A model generated the notes under the pieces. The model worked only from the letters and a program-made list of their open reading frames with translations. It was not told the origin of the DNA and made no database searches. From Camelus ferus (taxonomy: Eukaryota), in NCBI RefSeq assembly GCF_009834535.1, contig NC_045697.1:60514001-60578000 (forward strand): 64,000 bases of DNA, in the 5' to 3' direction. Each line of letters begins with the position of its first letter. Within the stretch, counting starts at the first letter, position 1. Both the position numbers and the translations under genes were made by a program. This document shows positions 1-13,361 of the stretch, piece by piece.

Positions 1-991
1 TATTTAGGGGGCTGAGTATATTCATGATTATACTCATCATCAACCATCACCAGTCAAAATGGTAAACAATCCAATTAATAACAATCGGGGTAAATTGAAG
101 ATATATTTGTTATCTCTCAACTAATTTCAATTCTAACATTTAATTTCATATGAATAAATACTGTTCCTTTATGAAAAAGCCAGGCATTAACCATTCTCAG
201 GAGTGCTCCAAACAAACTTGCTCAGGAAAGAGCTTTGTAGTGATTCTTAATCTTGGCTAGGAAGCCACAGATGCCAGAAGACTCAATGTACTTCCCAGTA
301 CACACATGGATGTTTCTGGAACCAAAAAACAAATAGAAAATATAAAAAAAAAAAACCCTCTAATCCTATGAAGAGTTTAAAAAAAAATGACAGCACTTTT
401 CCCGCCCACATCACAATACCATCACCTCTGTTACTCAACACTGGTTGGAACAGATAAGTAAATGAAACTTTCCTTCCTCCTCAAGTCATGCTTTTAAGTC
501 AATTTAGCACAATAATGTTAAAATGTAGAATGTGTACAGAAATTGATACAACATGGCAAACTGACTACACTTCAAGAAAAAATTGTATACAAGTAAAAAT
601 AAAATGGGTCAAAATTTAACTTTTAAAAATAGATGTTCACATGTTTATACTTTACACATATATCATAGTCAGTGGGTTTCTGAAGCACTTAAAAGCTGAA
701 TAGTAGTAATCCTTAATCTGCTCTAAACATTGAAATTATGTAGGCTGCAGTTTTCTATTTTGAATCTATTTTGTTGATTGGGCTTTCTTTTAACAGAATC
801 AGCCAATCTTTAAAAATTACTATAAAAGAAGAATTATTCCATTTTTGATGTTGCATGACTACTATCAATGCTGATACTATCCGCACTTATAATTCTCCTT
901 TCATCACTACTTTCTACCTACAACTAAGTAAACTACCTCCTGTGTTTCTGGGACTGATACTGTAATTGAGTCTGTAAGAAATAAATGAACA

Positions 992-1314
992 GACTTCTGG
1001 TTTTACTTATGACACGTAAAGATCTTGGGAATTGTTACTCATGTCCTTAAAATAAGAAAAATATATAGTAACTGAATATCAATGACATTTTTGAACACAC
1101 CAGAGAACTGACGTTTTAGGGCAAACTGATACCCCCAAAATCTGGATAGACAGACATAACCAAAGAGATACAAAAATTACAAGGCATAGCAAAAGACAAG
1201 AAAAACACAGACTGAAAATACAAAGCAGTCCATAGAACCAGAGTTAGATATGACCCAGGTGTTGGAATTATAAGGCACATAATTTAAAATATCTATAAAT
1301 AATGTGTTAAAGAC
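992..1314 (+). mobile_element. Old L1 (L1M/L1MC-type) 5' region and ORF1 fragment, left part
   Basis: A-rich ORF1-like sequence (AGAACCAGAGTTAGATATGACCCAGGTGTTGGAATTA) is homologous to the minus-strand L1 ORF1 at ~47560-47740. It is interrupted by an LTR at 1315. Confidence 0.7.
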
Positions 1315-1857
1315 TCTAGGAAAATATTAACTCATCAGTTGTCACCTGCACAGTCCTAAGAAAAGCCTGTTTGGAAGTGGCCTTTGGCTCCTTGGAGATG
1401 AGCTCTGAGCCCCTTGGACTGTTCTGCCTAATAAGAGCGGTTTTGGATGGCTGAGGCCAAGCGGTTTTGGATGGCTTGGACCAAGCTGTGTAAGTTTGAT
1501 CAGATAGTTAATACAGTTAATGCCTGTTTTTGTTCACAAAGGCTAGAGTCCGAGTAACTGAGGTCAACCACACAGGTGCTACTCGTCTAGGTGACTGCAC
1601 ACCACGGACTGGGCTCTCTGGCTGGCAGTGCTCTGTGTGTGTCACCTTTCACTGAGTTAGAATGAAGCATGTCCGTGCAGCCCCACTGGGAATCCTGTGC
1701 TTGGTTCCTCCTGGACGTCTCCCTTTCCCTTTGCTGATAGTAATCTGTATTCTTTCACTAGGATAAATAGTGACCACTCACATATGAATTTTTCTAGGTT
1801 CTGTGAGTCCTTCTAGTGAATCATCAAATCTGAGGTGATCTTAGGGGTCCTGCCACA
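1315..1857 (+). mobile_element. ERVL-class solo LTR, MER77/MER21 group
   Basis: 5' TAGGAAAATATTAACTCATCAG and 3' TTCTGTGAGTCCTTCTAGTGAATCATCAAATCTGAGG...CCACA resemble MER77-type LTR ends. It is GC-richer than its flanks and splits a colinear L1. Confidence 0.75.
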
Positions 1858-2260
1858 GGCTTTAATGGAATAAAATGGACAACATGCAAAATCAGATGGG
1901 TAACATCAGTATAGACATGAAAACTACAGGAAACATTCAAAAAGAACGGCTAGTAGTAAAAAAAAAAAAAAAAAAAAAAAAAGGTAAGAGAGATTAAGAG
2001 TATCTTTGACAGGCTCATCTGTAGACCTGACTCAAATGAGGGGAAAAAAAAATCAGTGAATTTTAAGATAGGTCAATACATTTGTCCCAAATTAAAACAC
2101 AAATAAGAAAAAAAAAACATTTTAAAAATATGGAACAACATATCCAGGAAATCTGGGACAGTATCAAAAGTTGTAAGCTTTACATAATCAGAATACCAGG
2201 ATAAGAAAGAGAAATCGTTGAAGAAAAAAAATACACAAGGTACAATTAAGTTTTCAAAGA
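1858..2260 (+). mobile_element. Old L1 ORF1 fragment, right part
   Basis: TTTAATGGAATAAAATGGACAACATGCAAAATCAGATGGGTAAC continues the ORF1 sequence that stops at 1314. Confidence 0.7.
1958..1982. repeat. poly(A)25
   Basis: Homopolymer read directly, inside the L1 fragment. Confidence 0.95.
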
Positions 2261-2920
2261 TGGAGCAGACATAAAACATTTCCAAGTTTCTTATCATTTA
2301 GAGAAAATGTAAAAAAGGCAATAAGTCAGTATTAACACCTTTACTTCTAGAGATGTATGAGGGGCATGCAGATAATTGGGCATGACTACTTCATGTGTGT
2401 GTTTGCATATATAAAATTAACTTCAATATGCACAATGTTCTTTTTAAAAATGCATGGAGGCTTTCTCTCACATGTTCTCATGCATACCTATCTATGCAAA
2501 TTATCCTACAATTTGAAAACTTAGCGAATTTAGCTCATATTAAATTTAGGACATGGACTACAACTGGGAATACACACAAAAACAGAGACTAAGTTGTCCC
2601 AACTAGACGTTGGTTTCTTGATTGCAGTATCTGTAACTTACAAATATTTTTATATTTTAAGTGCCTAGAACAAAGTTCATAGAGTGCTTTAGAAATTCAA
2701 ATATATTATAGAATAGATAATTAAATGTCTTTTTAAGTCAAAGAGTTCAGAGGTAATAAAAGTTTTAAGTTTCAGGAGCATGCTTCCAGTTTTATCTAGT
2801 TTTCCAGTCTCTTACATAAATGTGAAGATAAACTTTGGGTGTAAGTATGTCAGAATGTTGTGCCTGAGTTGTTTCATATGATGAGAATTTGGTGATAGGA
2901 AAAATCTGATTAGATATTGG

Positions 2921-3509
2921 TGAGATAGGAGGGAAGGTGGCAGGGCACAAGCACTGGAGGAGTGACACAGCAGCTGAGAAGAGGACAAACTGGTTAGAAC
3001 CTAGATGGTGGGAGATCTCACTTGCAGTAGACCCTGAGCCTCAGGGCACACCCACAGGTGCCAGGACAGTTCCTAGGCTGAACATAAAAGGTCTAAAAAG
3101 TGGGTGGGGGCCCAATTCCTGGAAATCCCTGCCCCTTCCCCAAAATAGTTGGAATATCTTCCCACTCTAGCATATGAAATTACCAAGCCCATAAAAACTG
3201 ACAACCCCTACGCCTCGTAGTCGCGCTCTCTCTTGCCTTCCAAGATAACCTGTACTCCATCTATGGATTGTGTACCCACTTATACCTTAAAGTAAACACC
3301 CCTGCACCTCTCGGCCTCTCTCCCTCTGGCCTGCATTCTGCCCATGGGGTGTGTAGGGGTGTGTATCTGCTAAGTTGCTATCTCTTCTAAGACAGACTGC
3401 ACTCTGTCTATGGAGTGTGTATCTCTCTAAATAACCTTGCATTCACTTTACATGACTTGCTCTTGAATTCTTTCCTGCATGAGACAAGAACCTATATTCT
3501 CCAGCAATA
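2921..3509 (+). mobile_element. ERV1 solo LTR, MER41-like
   Basis: Starts TGAGATAGG and ends CCAGCAATA (terminal CA mutated). Flanked by a 4-bp TSD TTGG (2917-2920, 3510-3513). Contains AATAAA at ~3430 and MER41-like CTTGAATTCTTTCCTGCATGAGACAAGAACC. Confidence 0.85.
3116..3124. promoter_or_regulatory. STAT GAS motif TTCCTGGAA in the MER41-like LTR
   Basis: Exact TTCCNGGAA match at the position corresponding to the first of the tandem GAS sites in MER41. Binding is not demonstrated. Confidence 0.55.
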
Positions 3510-5429
3510 TTGGTAGTCTGCTTCAAAAAATTTTTCTCAAGTAATGTTTCTCTGTATATGAGTAATGTTTCTCCCTATATTGAATAGAAATCAGAAGTCA
3601 AGAAGACAACAAAACCATAGAGTGAGATAACGTGCCTATAATATCAGTAGAATAGTTTCAATTCAAATGTTATCAATTTATATGTCACTAACAATAATGT
3701 ACTATAATGATTCTTCTTATACTTTTGTCTTATATTGCTTGGATAGATGGGATTTCTGGATCTGACAATAATTCTAGTCCATAATGAAATTTATTTTAAA
3801 AATGAATATACTGGGAGAGTATGAATAATAGTAGACAAAAAAATGGCTTGAGAAAACCGAAGAAGGGATAGGTATTCAAAGGGAGAGAAAAGTCATGCAT
3901 AGAGCAAAAAGGAAAAATATAAAACTGAGTAATAGAAAGTTTTAATGAATATTGACTTACGTAGGCATGGAAAGTAGAATAAAGATATCTTTATACTTTT
4001 TCAAAATTAATCAATACATGAGTAAAGCATGACATGCCTACAGTAACTTTCTACGTGTTACATCTTAAACTATATGTGGGACTGACACTCATAAGGAGGC
4101 TGAGAGCAACTCTGGCTTAATCTGTAGAGCTCAGAAACCATTAAGATGTTTCGTAGATTAGGATCCGAATTCAGTGAATGTAGGTGTGTGAATGTGTGAG
4201 TTATTTTTATATACAAATGTGTGTATATGGGATTTTTAAAATAGCATACACATTTATAAGATCAAATACATACATAGCTTTTGTTTTGCTTTTGTACTTA
4301 ATATCATAATAAGTATAATTTAATATCATAATAATAATTTAATTTCATTAAAATTATTTTAAATCTTTACTTTTCAAACTTCCTTATAGTCAATCATATA
4401 GGTATATGCTGATCTATTTAATGATTCCTTACTGTGGAATATGTATTTCATTTCCCTAGTCTTTTATTAATATATTTGCGTCAAACATCACATACACTGA
4501 TAAAATATTTTTTTCTTTCTTTTAGATCTCCTAGAAATGGAAATACTGGATCAAGTGTAGAGCTACTACAAAGACCCAACACACAAGGAAAAGTTGCTTC
4601 CTAAATACATTGTTATTTATGGTACTTTGAAATCAAAATGATATGAGCTCCAAAGAAAAAGCATAGTGCAATGTTTTCTAAAATACTGTGGATGAGATTC
4701 AGGGGCCAGATAAAGGTAATGACATAAAGGGAAAGTCGGTGGTTATTTTCAGTCCATCTCACACGTGCATAAACACAGGAGAACCATGGACAGCACCATT
4801 AGGATAGCAAAGACAGGAGAATGATTCCATGTGACACAACTTTGAGGTCTCGAGCCCTCTTCATAAAGCTTCCCTCGGCATTTACACACATCACTACAAA
4901 TACATCATTTCTTGGCTCTTTACAGCGATGAGAGTGCCTGTGATTTTCTTCTTTTTTTCCCCCCCTAAGTATTATTTTAAACTTTTCTGTTGCTTCTTGG
5001 TAAATACTATTGTAATGTGAATTCCCTTCTGAATGCTATAGAAGAATAATTCCGCTTGTTGAAAAGAATTCAAAAGGAACCTACATTTTGAAAAGAGAGT
5101 ATCTGTGTACGGCAATTATATATGATAAGCTTACACATTCAGCATGAAAAGGTGCTTTCTGAATATTCAAATTGCCCTTCATTTCATTTAATTATTTGTA
5201 TTATCCAGTCTCGAATAGCATTTAGTGATTCAAAACTGATGCATACTTTTTATGTTGCATATACATAAAAAGAAGCCCCACCAGAAATATCCTTTGTTCA
5301 TGTAATGTGTTTTAAAATAGGTGCTGCACCATTTATTTGAATGTTTCCTCTCAGTAGGATACTTTCCACTGGAGTAGTCAAAAAAGAGATCACCGAATCC
5401 TAACATCTATACTCTCTTTCCTCATTTAT

Positions 5430-6100
5430 CATTCTTCAATAAATTCTCCACATTGCAGCCAAAGTAATATTTTTAAAATTATACTTGATTATGTGGTACT
5501 TCTGATTAAAACCTTTCCATGGCTTTATGAAGCACTAAGGCAAAGGACAAACATGCTAATGTAGTTTACAAGCCCTGGAAAACTAGGACTTTTCTTATTA
5601 TCCAAGCTTCTTTCCTCTTTACTTGGATTATCCTTTAGTTCTACCCACCCAACCCCCTCTACCACCGTGAGACACCACGTATCACATACTATTTTCCATC
5701 CAGACATAATTATCCATTGTTGTGAGACACTGGTTTTCTGTTTTTCCCAAGTAATTTGTTCATAGTATGGTTTTCTCCAAGTTATTTATGTCAATAATGC
5801 TGACTTCATTTGACTAAATCCTCAAATTTTAAGGTTTAGCTTAGCTATCAGTTCCACTGGGAGGAATAATTTGATCCTACATGTTTGGCGTAAAACACTT
5901 CCCTACAAAGGGGTAACTCTCTACATCTATTTCATGATGTATTAATCATATTATATTGAAAATGCACAGTGTACAAACCCTTAGACTGTGAAGTCTGTTG
6001 ATGGCAGAAGAAGCATCTACAATTATTCACTACTTTACCCCATGTCCTAGCACTGCTTGGCATGTATTACACTCTATAATGTTTAATAAATGAGTGAAGC
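5430..6100 (+). mobile_element. L2 LINE 3' fragments
   Basis: CCACATTGCAGCCAAAGTAATATTTTTAAAA, plus the L2 3' end TAGACTGTGAAG...TCCTAGCAC...AATAAATGAGTGAA. Confidence 0.65.
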
Positions 6101-6879
6101 AATGAGAGCATGAATGGTTTGGATTCTTTAATTTGGAAATTTATAATAATTATTGAAATTGACAAATTCAAATTATGACATGAGATAAAAAATACTCATT
6201 ACTCAGTTTTACTATACAGTTGACATTGACAAGACATAAGGAGTGAAGTCCTGATACATTTTTTTAATTCTTTCTCACAGGAAAAATGATGAAAACCCTG
6301 AGTTTCTGCAAGTAGAATTGATTCTGTTCTTCTCAGCCCAAATTTTTATTCTGCTTTTATTTTTCCAAATCCAACTGCTTCACTTGTGTTTTTCCAACTT
6401 ATTTTTGATGTTTCTGTATACACATGTGTTTGTTGTATCAGTGCACTACAAGACTGTGATGAGAGATGAAAATGGACATCAGGTTGGGCAGAAACAGAGA
6501 CTGTTCCTCTTACTGCTTCAAAAGTTAAGAGGTGTTCCGATTTGCCCACTTTCGGTATGGTTTTCAATAGCAATACAGCAGAGTAATAAAACTTACTGGA
6601 AGTATTTTGTAACCAGGTGACTGTTTCTCTTCTTCCCCTGCATCTGTCTTGAATTTACTGTGGGATTCTCAATGTAGGGTAAATAGGAAGTGCTTGAGGC
6701 CTACTGACCAAATCCTATGATCACAATGTGGCAAGGACACTGCTTCTGGGAAAACTCAGTGTCTTATCAATCCTTTACCATTATGTCAATTCATTTGTTT
6801 ATGAACAAATTTGTTCATTCAATAAACATATATTGCACCTCTTAACAGTGTTAAATACCATATTTCGGGCTAATCCACT

Positions 6880-7460
6880 TGATTCCATGCAGAATCAGAG
6901 TAATCTTTTAAAATTAACTTGTTCTAGTTACTTCACTACCCAAAATCCCCCAATGGCTTCCCATGGTTTACCCATTGCTTTTAGAGAAACATCTAAAATT
7001 TTCACAATCTTATATAATCCCCTAAATTTTCTGATGTCTGCAAATCTCTCCAACATGTTACTATTCTTCTCTTCACTCAGTGTGCTCTAGCACCAAATGC
7101 CTCCTTTTCTGTTTCTCAAAACAGGCCAATTACCCATGATATTTTATTTACCTGGAATAATTTGTCCCTGGTCCTTTTTTTTTTTTTCTTTTTTCCAACA
7201 GTGGCCACTTTTTATCCTTCACATTTCTTCTAAAATTTTATCATTTAAGCCATTCTTGACTACCCAAACTATAAATTTACAACCTAATTTATTATGTTTC
7301 ATTACCCGTTCATTTTCTTCATAGAAGTTAACTCTGCCTATTTTCCTTCTTTATGTGACTTTATTTTTAGTCTGTGTTCCTAAACTATGTAAGTTCTACA
7401 ATGGCAGGGTACTTGTTTCTCCATATCTCCAGAGACTAGAACAGTGATGAATAAATTAAT
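6880..7460 (+). mobile_element. L2 LINE 3' fragment (short opposite-strand L2 tail at ~6790-6860)
   Basis: CAGAGTAATCTTTTAAAA...CAATGGCTTCCC, ending TGTAAGTTCTACAATGGCAGGG...CTAGAACAGTG. Confidence 0.6.
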
Positions 7461-8367
7461 AAGCAGATAATAATAGATTATATCCATATGCAATATTCTT
7501 CCGCAGAATGCTCTCCAAAAATGCTTGCATTGAGACTTTCAAACTAACACAGATTACTCGTGCACTCTATTCCAAGGTTATGACATAGACCAACAAGCAT
7601 GCTGGCTTCCAGAGCCATGTGACTAAGATCAAGAGTCTAGGTCTTACTCGAAAGACTACTGACTGTCCAGGCATTTCCACGCATCACTTGCAAAATCTTG
7701 CTCATTCAATATCCTTCCTTCTTATATGCCTTTAAACATCATAAGAAAAGAAAGATCTCAAAGATATTCATATGAAACAGAACTTTCAGGTTATGGTTTT
7801 ATCCTTGTGTTTTCTTTGGTTCAGACTTTAACCTCATAGTATGTCAATGATTCCTCTCCTACTTCCGTGAAGTGTTTTGTACGTTCTGTCTGAAACCAGC
7901 TGAGAAACAGATGCTGAAAATGAGAATTTCTACTCATCATCAAATTTTCCCCTAAGAAAGCCCAAATCCCGAGTATCACAGTTTGTAGAGAAATCTGTTT
8001 TGCTGGTGACAGAGCTAGCCTTTGAGTACTCCATTCATCACTTCCTTGGTGTTAAACTTCTCAGCACTGGAACCTTTTTTCTTCCACAGTGACAAAATAA
8101 ATGTTGCTGGAATCTATGGAAAATTGGGTCAGTAAATCAGAAAACACTGATCTGTTTTAAACAAAGATCAACGTTTGAGTTCTTTTAGTCCTTTTAACTC
8201 CTCAGGCCAAAATGTGTGAGTCAGAGTTGATGAGAAATCTGACTTCTTTCCTCACTTTTGATACCATTATGCCCTCTTAGCTTTTTATCAAATCTATCAT
8301 TTAATGAACTCTTTACTAAGTCTAAAAGGAGAATTTTCCACCAAATGTTATTACTCACTGACTGAAA

Positions 8368-8990
8368 GAAAGTCAGGGCTCTCCAGAAAAACAGAACCAA
8401 CAGTCACTCTTTCTCTCCCCAAATAGCTAGCTATACAGACAGATACAGATCTCTCTCTCTACAGTGTATATATAGAGAAAGATAGAGATATCCATGCATA
8501 CATAGAGGAAGGCTATATATATTCTCCTACAGCCATTTATACATGGAGAGATGAAGAGATTTATTGTAAGAAATTTGTTCACATGATTGTGTTGGCTGAG
8601 CAGTCCCTGAATCTGCCGTGAGGAAGCAGGAGTCCCAGGAGAGCCAATGGCACAGGTTTTGAGTCTGAGTCTGAAAGTCTGAGAAGCAGGAGAGCTGCTG
8701 GTTGAGTTCCAGTCCAAGTCCAAGTCAATAATGTACAAGAAGATGGATGTCCTAGCTCAAAGACAGTAGGCCAGAGAGCAAATTCTCCCTTCTACCTTTT
8801 TGCTCTATTTAGGATTTCAACAAATTGGTTGAGGTCCACCCACACTGGGGAGGGCAATTTACTCAGTCTACCAATTCAAATGTTAATCTCATCCAGAAAC
8901 AACTTCACAGACACACACAGCATAATGTTTAACTACATACCTGGGGACCCTGGGGCCCAGTCAAGTTAACACATAAAACTAATAATCACA
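8368..8990 (-). mobile_element. MLT2 (ERVL) solo LTR
   Basis: Plus strand reads AGTCAGGGCTCTCCAGAAAAACAGAACC ... CCAGTCAAGTTAACACATAAAACTAATAATCACA, the reverse complement of MLT2 termini. The internal AT/AG low-complexity tract is typical of MLT2. Confidence 0.88.
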
Positions 8991-10010
8991 AAAAGGATTT
9001 GAAAAAGTGGATTTGTGCAGAGTGACCTACTGAATGTGATAAGCCATAATTTATGTTGATAGACAATTTATAGAGATAGGCAGCAAAGATGAGGTTTTCT
9101 ACAAAAGCATATCCTGGTGCAAACTAATTATTTGGAATATAAACATGAGGATATTGGAATTAGAAATTATTCAAATTTGACAAATGTAAATTAGGCATAT
9201 AGGAGGGAAAGGATAAAGACCTTTAAGAAAAAACTAGGGCTGACTCTGACAAGTTTTTATTTTTCACTGGCCACAGAAAGGAAGGTTTTTTTTGTCTCAG
9301 ATTTAACTGATTTTCCAGTTTTCCTGTTTAGAACCTAAGATCTTAATCATCTCAGTGAAGCATGCATTGAATTAAATGCGAAACTGAAACTTCAGAGAGC
9401 AAGCAAAATATATAAATATATATTTCCCTCATACAATCAATAATGTGATTTAGTTATAAATCAGATTCCTTCCTCCTATGGTTCTGAAACATCTTTCTTT
9501 CTTTCTTTCTTTTTTTTTTTTTTTTTTGGTTTCTGCTAGTGGACTGAGAGAAGAGTTGAAAGACTGGAAATAGTTTTTCAAAAGTCCATATTTCAAACAT
9601 GTTTCTCTGGAGCCCTAATACAGAATTTCTTGGAACCTTACAGAAAGCATTGTGTATTGACAAAGCATTGACATCCAGGCTATAGTTACAAGCAGACAGA
9701 ATTTCATGCAAGCTCTTCAAGTCAAACAATTCAAGAAGATCATTCAATTCAATCTGCTGAGTTGTTTAGCAGATTGATACACGAGTTAATGTTTCCGGAA
9801 AGTTGATACCCAGTACGAAAGCTGGCTTGATGTCCTTCCCTATGTCTCTCCTAGGTGAAGGGTGCATAACCTTTCTTCAACCATGGATCCTTTGGTACCT
9901 GTTCATAATACTGTTTCTAAATGTACTAAAAGCAACACAAAGGGACCATAAGGGAAACACATATGTAAATACTGTTTATCAAAATATGGGGGAAATAATG
10001 ATGTATTTAT

Positions 10011-10458
10011 TGTGGAAGCCACCATGGTGCACCACTCAGACCTCTCCACTCAGAAGAGAACCTGCTGCTGGAAGCACAACGGGCTCACAGTGTCCATTCG
10101 CCTGACCATCAGAACCCACTGCGCTCCTCTCACACGATGACCAAGCCCAGCAGAGTTAATAGTTTGGTACAATCCCACCCAACATGGGATTCCTCTAACA
10201 ACGGTCCTTGCACTATGACTTTCTCGTGGATCTTGTGGCCCATTCTTTCTTAGAGGTGCCCTGCAGTCTGAGGCTCTTCCTTGCATCCCTTATTCCTTCC
10301 TTGTCTCTTTTCACAGGTTTCAGATCAGCACTGCAGTCTAACACTGCCTATTCTTTCTCCCTCTGCTCCTTACCTTGTATAGACATTTCCCTCAATAATT
10401 TTTTTGTATTTATAATTCTATTTCAATATCTGCCTCCAGGAAAACCCAATCTGACACA
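10011..10458 (+). mobile_element. LTR16-like (ERVL) solo LTR
   Basis: TGTGGAAGCCACCATGGTGCACCACTCAGACCTC ... GGAAAACCCAATCTGACACA, with TG..CA ends. Confidence 0.8.
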
Positions 10459-13276
10459 TTAACTCATCTTTAACAATTAATAACCTGTTGTGCTATTAAC
10501 TTGTTCAACAAAATTATCTAGGAAAGTATCTAATAACTACTTGAATTTTTAAATAATGATGAGCCTAAATTTATTTCAAAGTATCATCAATGACTATAAT
10601 ACGTTCAGGAAAAGATAATAAAATCTATTGTTGGCAAAATTTCAGGCATTGCTGTGTTACATTCCAGGTATATTATATTATTGTTCACATACATAATTGA
10701 TGGAAATGCTAAATTTTAGTACAAGGACAGTACAAACTCAGATGTATTTTTCTCATCCAATTTCATAGGTATGCTGAGTATCACCCAGAGATGTTCAAGG
10801 ACTCTAGAGAAGGAAATTCCCCATTAAGCAAGGGGCTTAGAATACTGGTAAGAAGTAATGGTCAGTCCTATGTCAAGCATCTTTTACCTGAATTGTTGGC
10901 CACAAAATAATGCCTACAGAAATGCTGCAAAAACCGATGCTTGACTTTTTGTGTATTTTACTTCTTTATGCCAATTTATTTTCTTTTTGGTTTTTCTCTG
11001 GCAAAATAGAGAAATATTCATCTACAACCGTCCATAATGTTTAGAAGGAATACTACTGTTCCTTCTACTACTACTGTTCCTCCTAATACTACTGTTTGGG
11101 AATTTATAAGTATAATTTTCTTGAACAAGTTATAATTGTGTGTGAATGCATAGAGTAGGTTACTAAATTGCTATTTACTCTAATCTACTTAAATTCGACT
11201 TGGTTCTTTACTCTTCTAAGACATACATATAAACACACAGCACATCCTTTGTTATCTCTTCAATTTCAGGGATTGTAGTCACACTTGTCACTTTTCAGAC
11301 AGGAACCTGAAGATTAGTATATATTCAATAATTTCCCAGAGAAAGAGTCACAACTACAGCAATTTATTTCAAAAAGGATCCACGGAGAGATTAAAATCAA
11401 GCTGCAATTGGCTTTTTGTGATTTCATTTCAAAAATGATGAAAATTGAAGTGTATGATTTCCAATGTTTTCATATCTGATTAAGTACAACTTAAGTGTTG
11501 ATTGAGATCTGACCTATGACCAACAAAATGGGACATTCAGATGAGAAGTCAAAATTAGATGGCACAGAGCTCTTATTTGTCACTTCTACCTCATTCCTTC
11601 TATGAATTTTAGCACCTAGGGTTTCATTCCCATTATTCTCACTTAACACATTAAATCTGAACCACAGCTCTTCAAATTAGTAGCATCTATATTTTCTTTG
11701 AGGATCATTACAACATCTTCACCTCACAGTCATTTGACAATTCAAACTCAAACAAACTTTATCTCCATTTCCATTTAGCCACTCAGAGTTGTACCATGTA
11801 TTCAATCTCCATTAGGAAATAACAGGTTGAAATCATCACCTTCTGAACTGTCTTCTCTGACCACAGAATCTTCTTTATATCCTCATGCATCTCTCTCTTT
11901 CCTATTGAAACTTCAAGCCATTCTCAGTTTTAGCTTCAGTCTTTGGACTTTATTTTAACTTTCTAGTTAATCTCTTTGTCCCGACCACTCTTACCACTCC
12001 AGTTTACTTATGTTTTAATTATTTCCTCCCTAGAAGTCTTGACTCTGTCACAGAGCTCATTAAACTCTCTTTTTCAATGTTCCATCAGGTAGTACTCAAT
12101 TGGTTCATATCATTAGACACAAACATGCTTCTGTGAAGGTAGCATGATTTTGACACAATCCAACATTCACTAAGTTTGCACTGCTGGAGGTAACTTGACT
12201 GATAAATGAAGGACTTGTAAATACCCTTGGCAAGCAATGAGGATCTGCAGTACTTCTGAGCAGGATGAAGCTATGACAGAAGCAGTAACTCCTTCCTGTG
12301 TATATTAAAGTTTCAAACTGATAGAAGAGGTATTATAATGGTCAAGGAACTCAATTTGGCATCTGCTGTCATAGCCCAGGAATTATTATCATTTATTTTA
12401 TTACAGTCCAGGTATAGAGAACAATTCTTTTCTGCTTACATCTTGTAAAGAAGGTGTCATTAGCCATCCTAGAAGTTCAACATTTTGGAATGTCGAGGCC
12501 CTAAATCTTAGAGAAAAACACTCACTGAGATATTTATAGAGATAATTAATCTGTTGGAGAGAAGACAAGAGAGGACTGAATATTCTACTTTATGCTTAAT
12601 TGGAATAAAAGGGGGAAAAAAAGAGTAGCAGAATACCAGTCAGTGCTCTCAGGCGTCTGTCTTAATCTACTAAAGATGCAGATGTTCTATTTTTGGTTCA
12701 TTTCCACCTACAATAGTAAACAAATAAACACCCAGTCTGGAATCTAAAAGAAGAATGTTGGATAGTGTGAAGCCAGAAGTCACTTTGACCTTAGGAAATC
12801 TATTCCATATTATAGAAACTGAATCTTACAGTCATTCCCTAATCTCCATCTAACATCACAAAACAGATTTCACCCCAAAGAAGAAAGGAAGTAAGTCTTG
12901 GTGTAGTGAACATTGAGGAGAGGGGAACTTCCTATGATCACAACCAGATACCAATTTTTGGTACCTCATAAAAAAAATGTAGCTGAAGGTTTTTATGTAA
13001 CAATTAAGTTTACACTTAAAGCCTAGACTTTGAGAAGTTACAGCACAAGATTTCCTCTACAGAAACTGGGTTAATAAGATGGTCTCTTCCAATTCAGGTA
13101 GGCAAGGAATATGGGGCAATGTGGCTCCCTTACAGAAGTCAGCAGATAACAGAGAAATAACAGAGATATCATGGTAAATAGTCAAATATGGAATTCAGAA
13201 GATCATTTTCTTTTAACTGTTGGAGAGCTGAACAAAGCAATCTCTTGGTGAATTTTCCTAGGAGTCTAGGAGTCTT

Positions 13277-13361
13277 TCTTCCTTCCTTCCTTTCTTCTTT
13301 GCTTACTTTCTCTCTCTCTCTCTCTCTCTTTCTTTCTCTCATCCTATCTATCTATCTATCT
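13277..13361. repeat. Compound (CCTT)n/(CT)n/(CTAT)n microsatellite
   Basis: Read directly. Confidence 0.9.

Noticed and set aside
13..36. 24-bp near-perfect palindrome TGAGTATATTCATGATTATACTCA
   Set aside because: Isolated, AT-rich, with no TIR/TSD context. Compatible with chance.
4161..4172. GGATCCGAATTC (BamHI-EcoRI, polylinker-like)
   Set aside because: No further vector sequence on either side.
6597..6657. 61-nt minus-strand exon (CACAG acceptor, GTAAGT donor)
   Set aside because: Weak polypyrimidine tract, not frame-preserving, unrecognised peptide and no partner exons.
9749..9777. Hairpin TCAATCTGCT-N9-AGCAGATTGA
   Set aside because: A 10-bp stem is about what chance gives in 64 kb of AT-rich DNA, and it is too short for a pre-miRNA.
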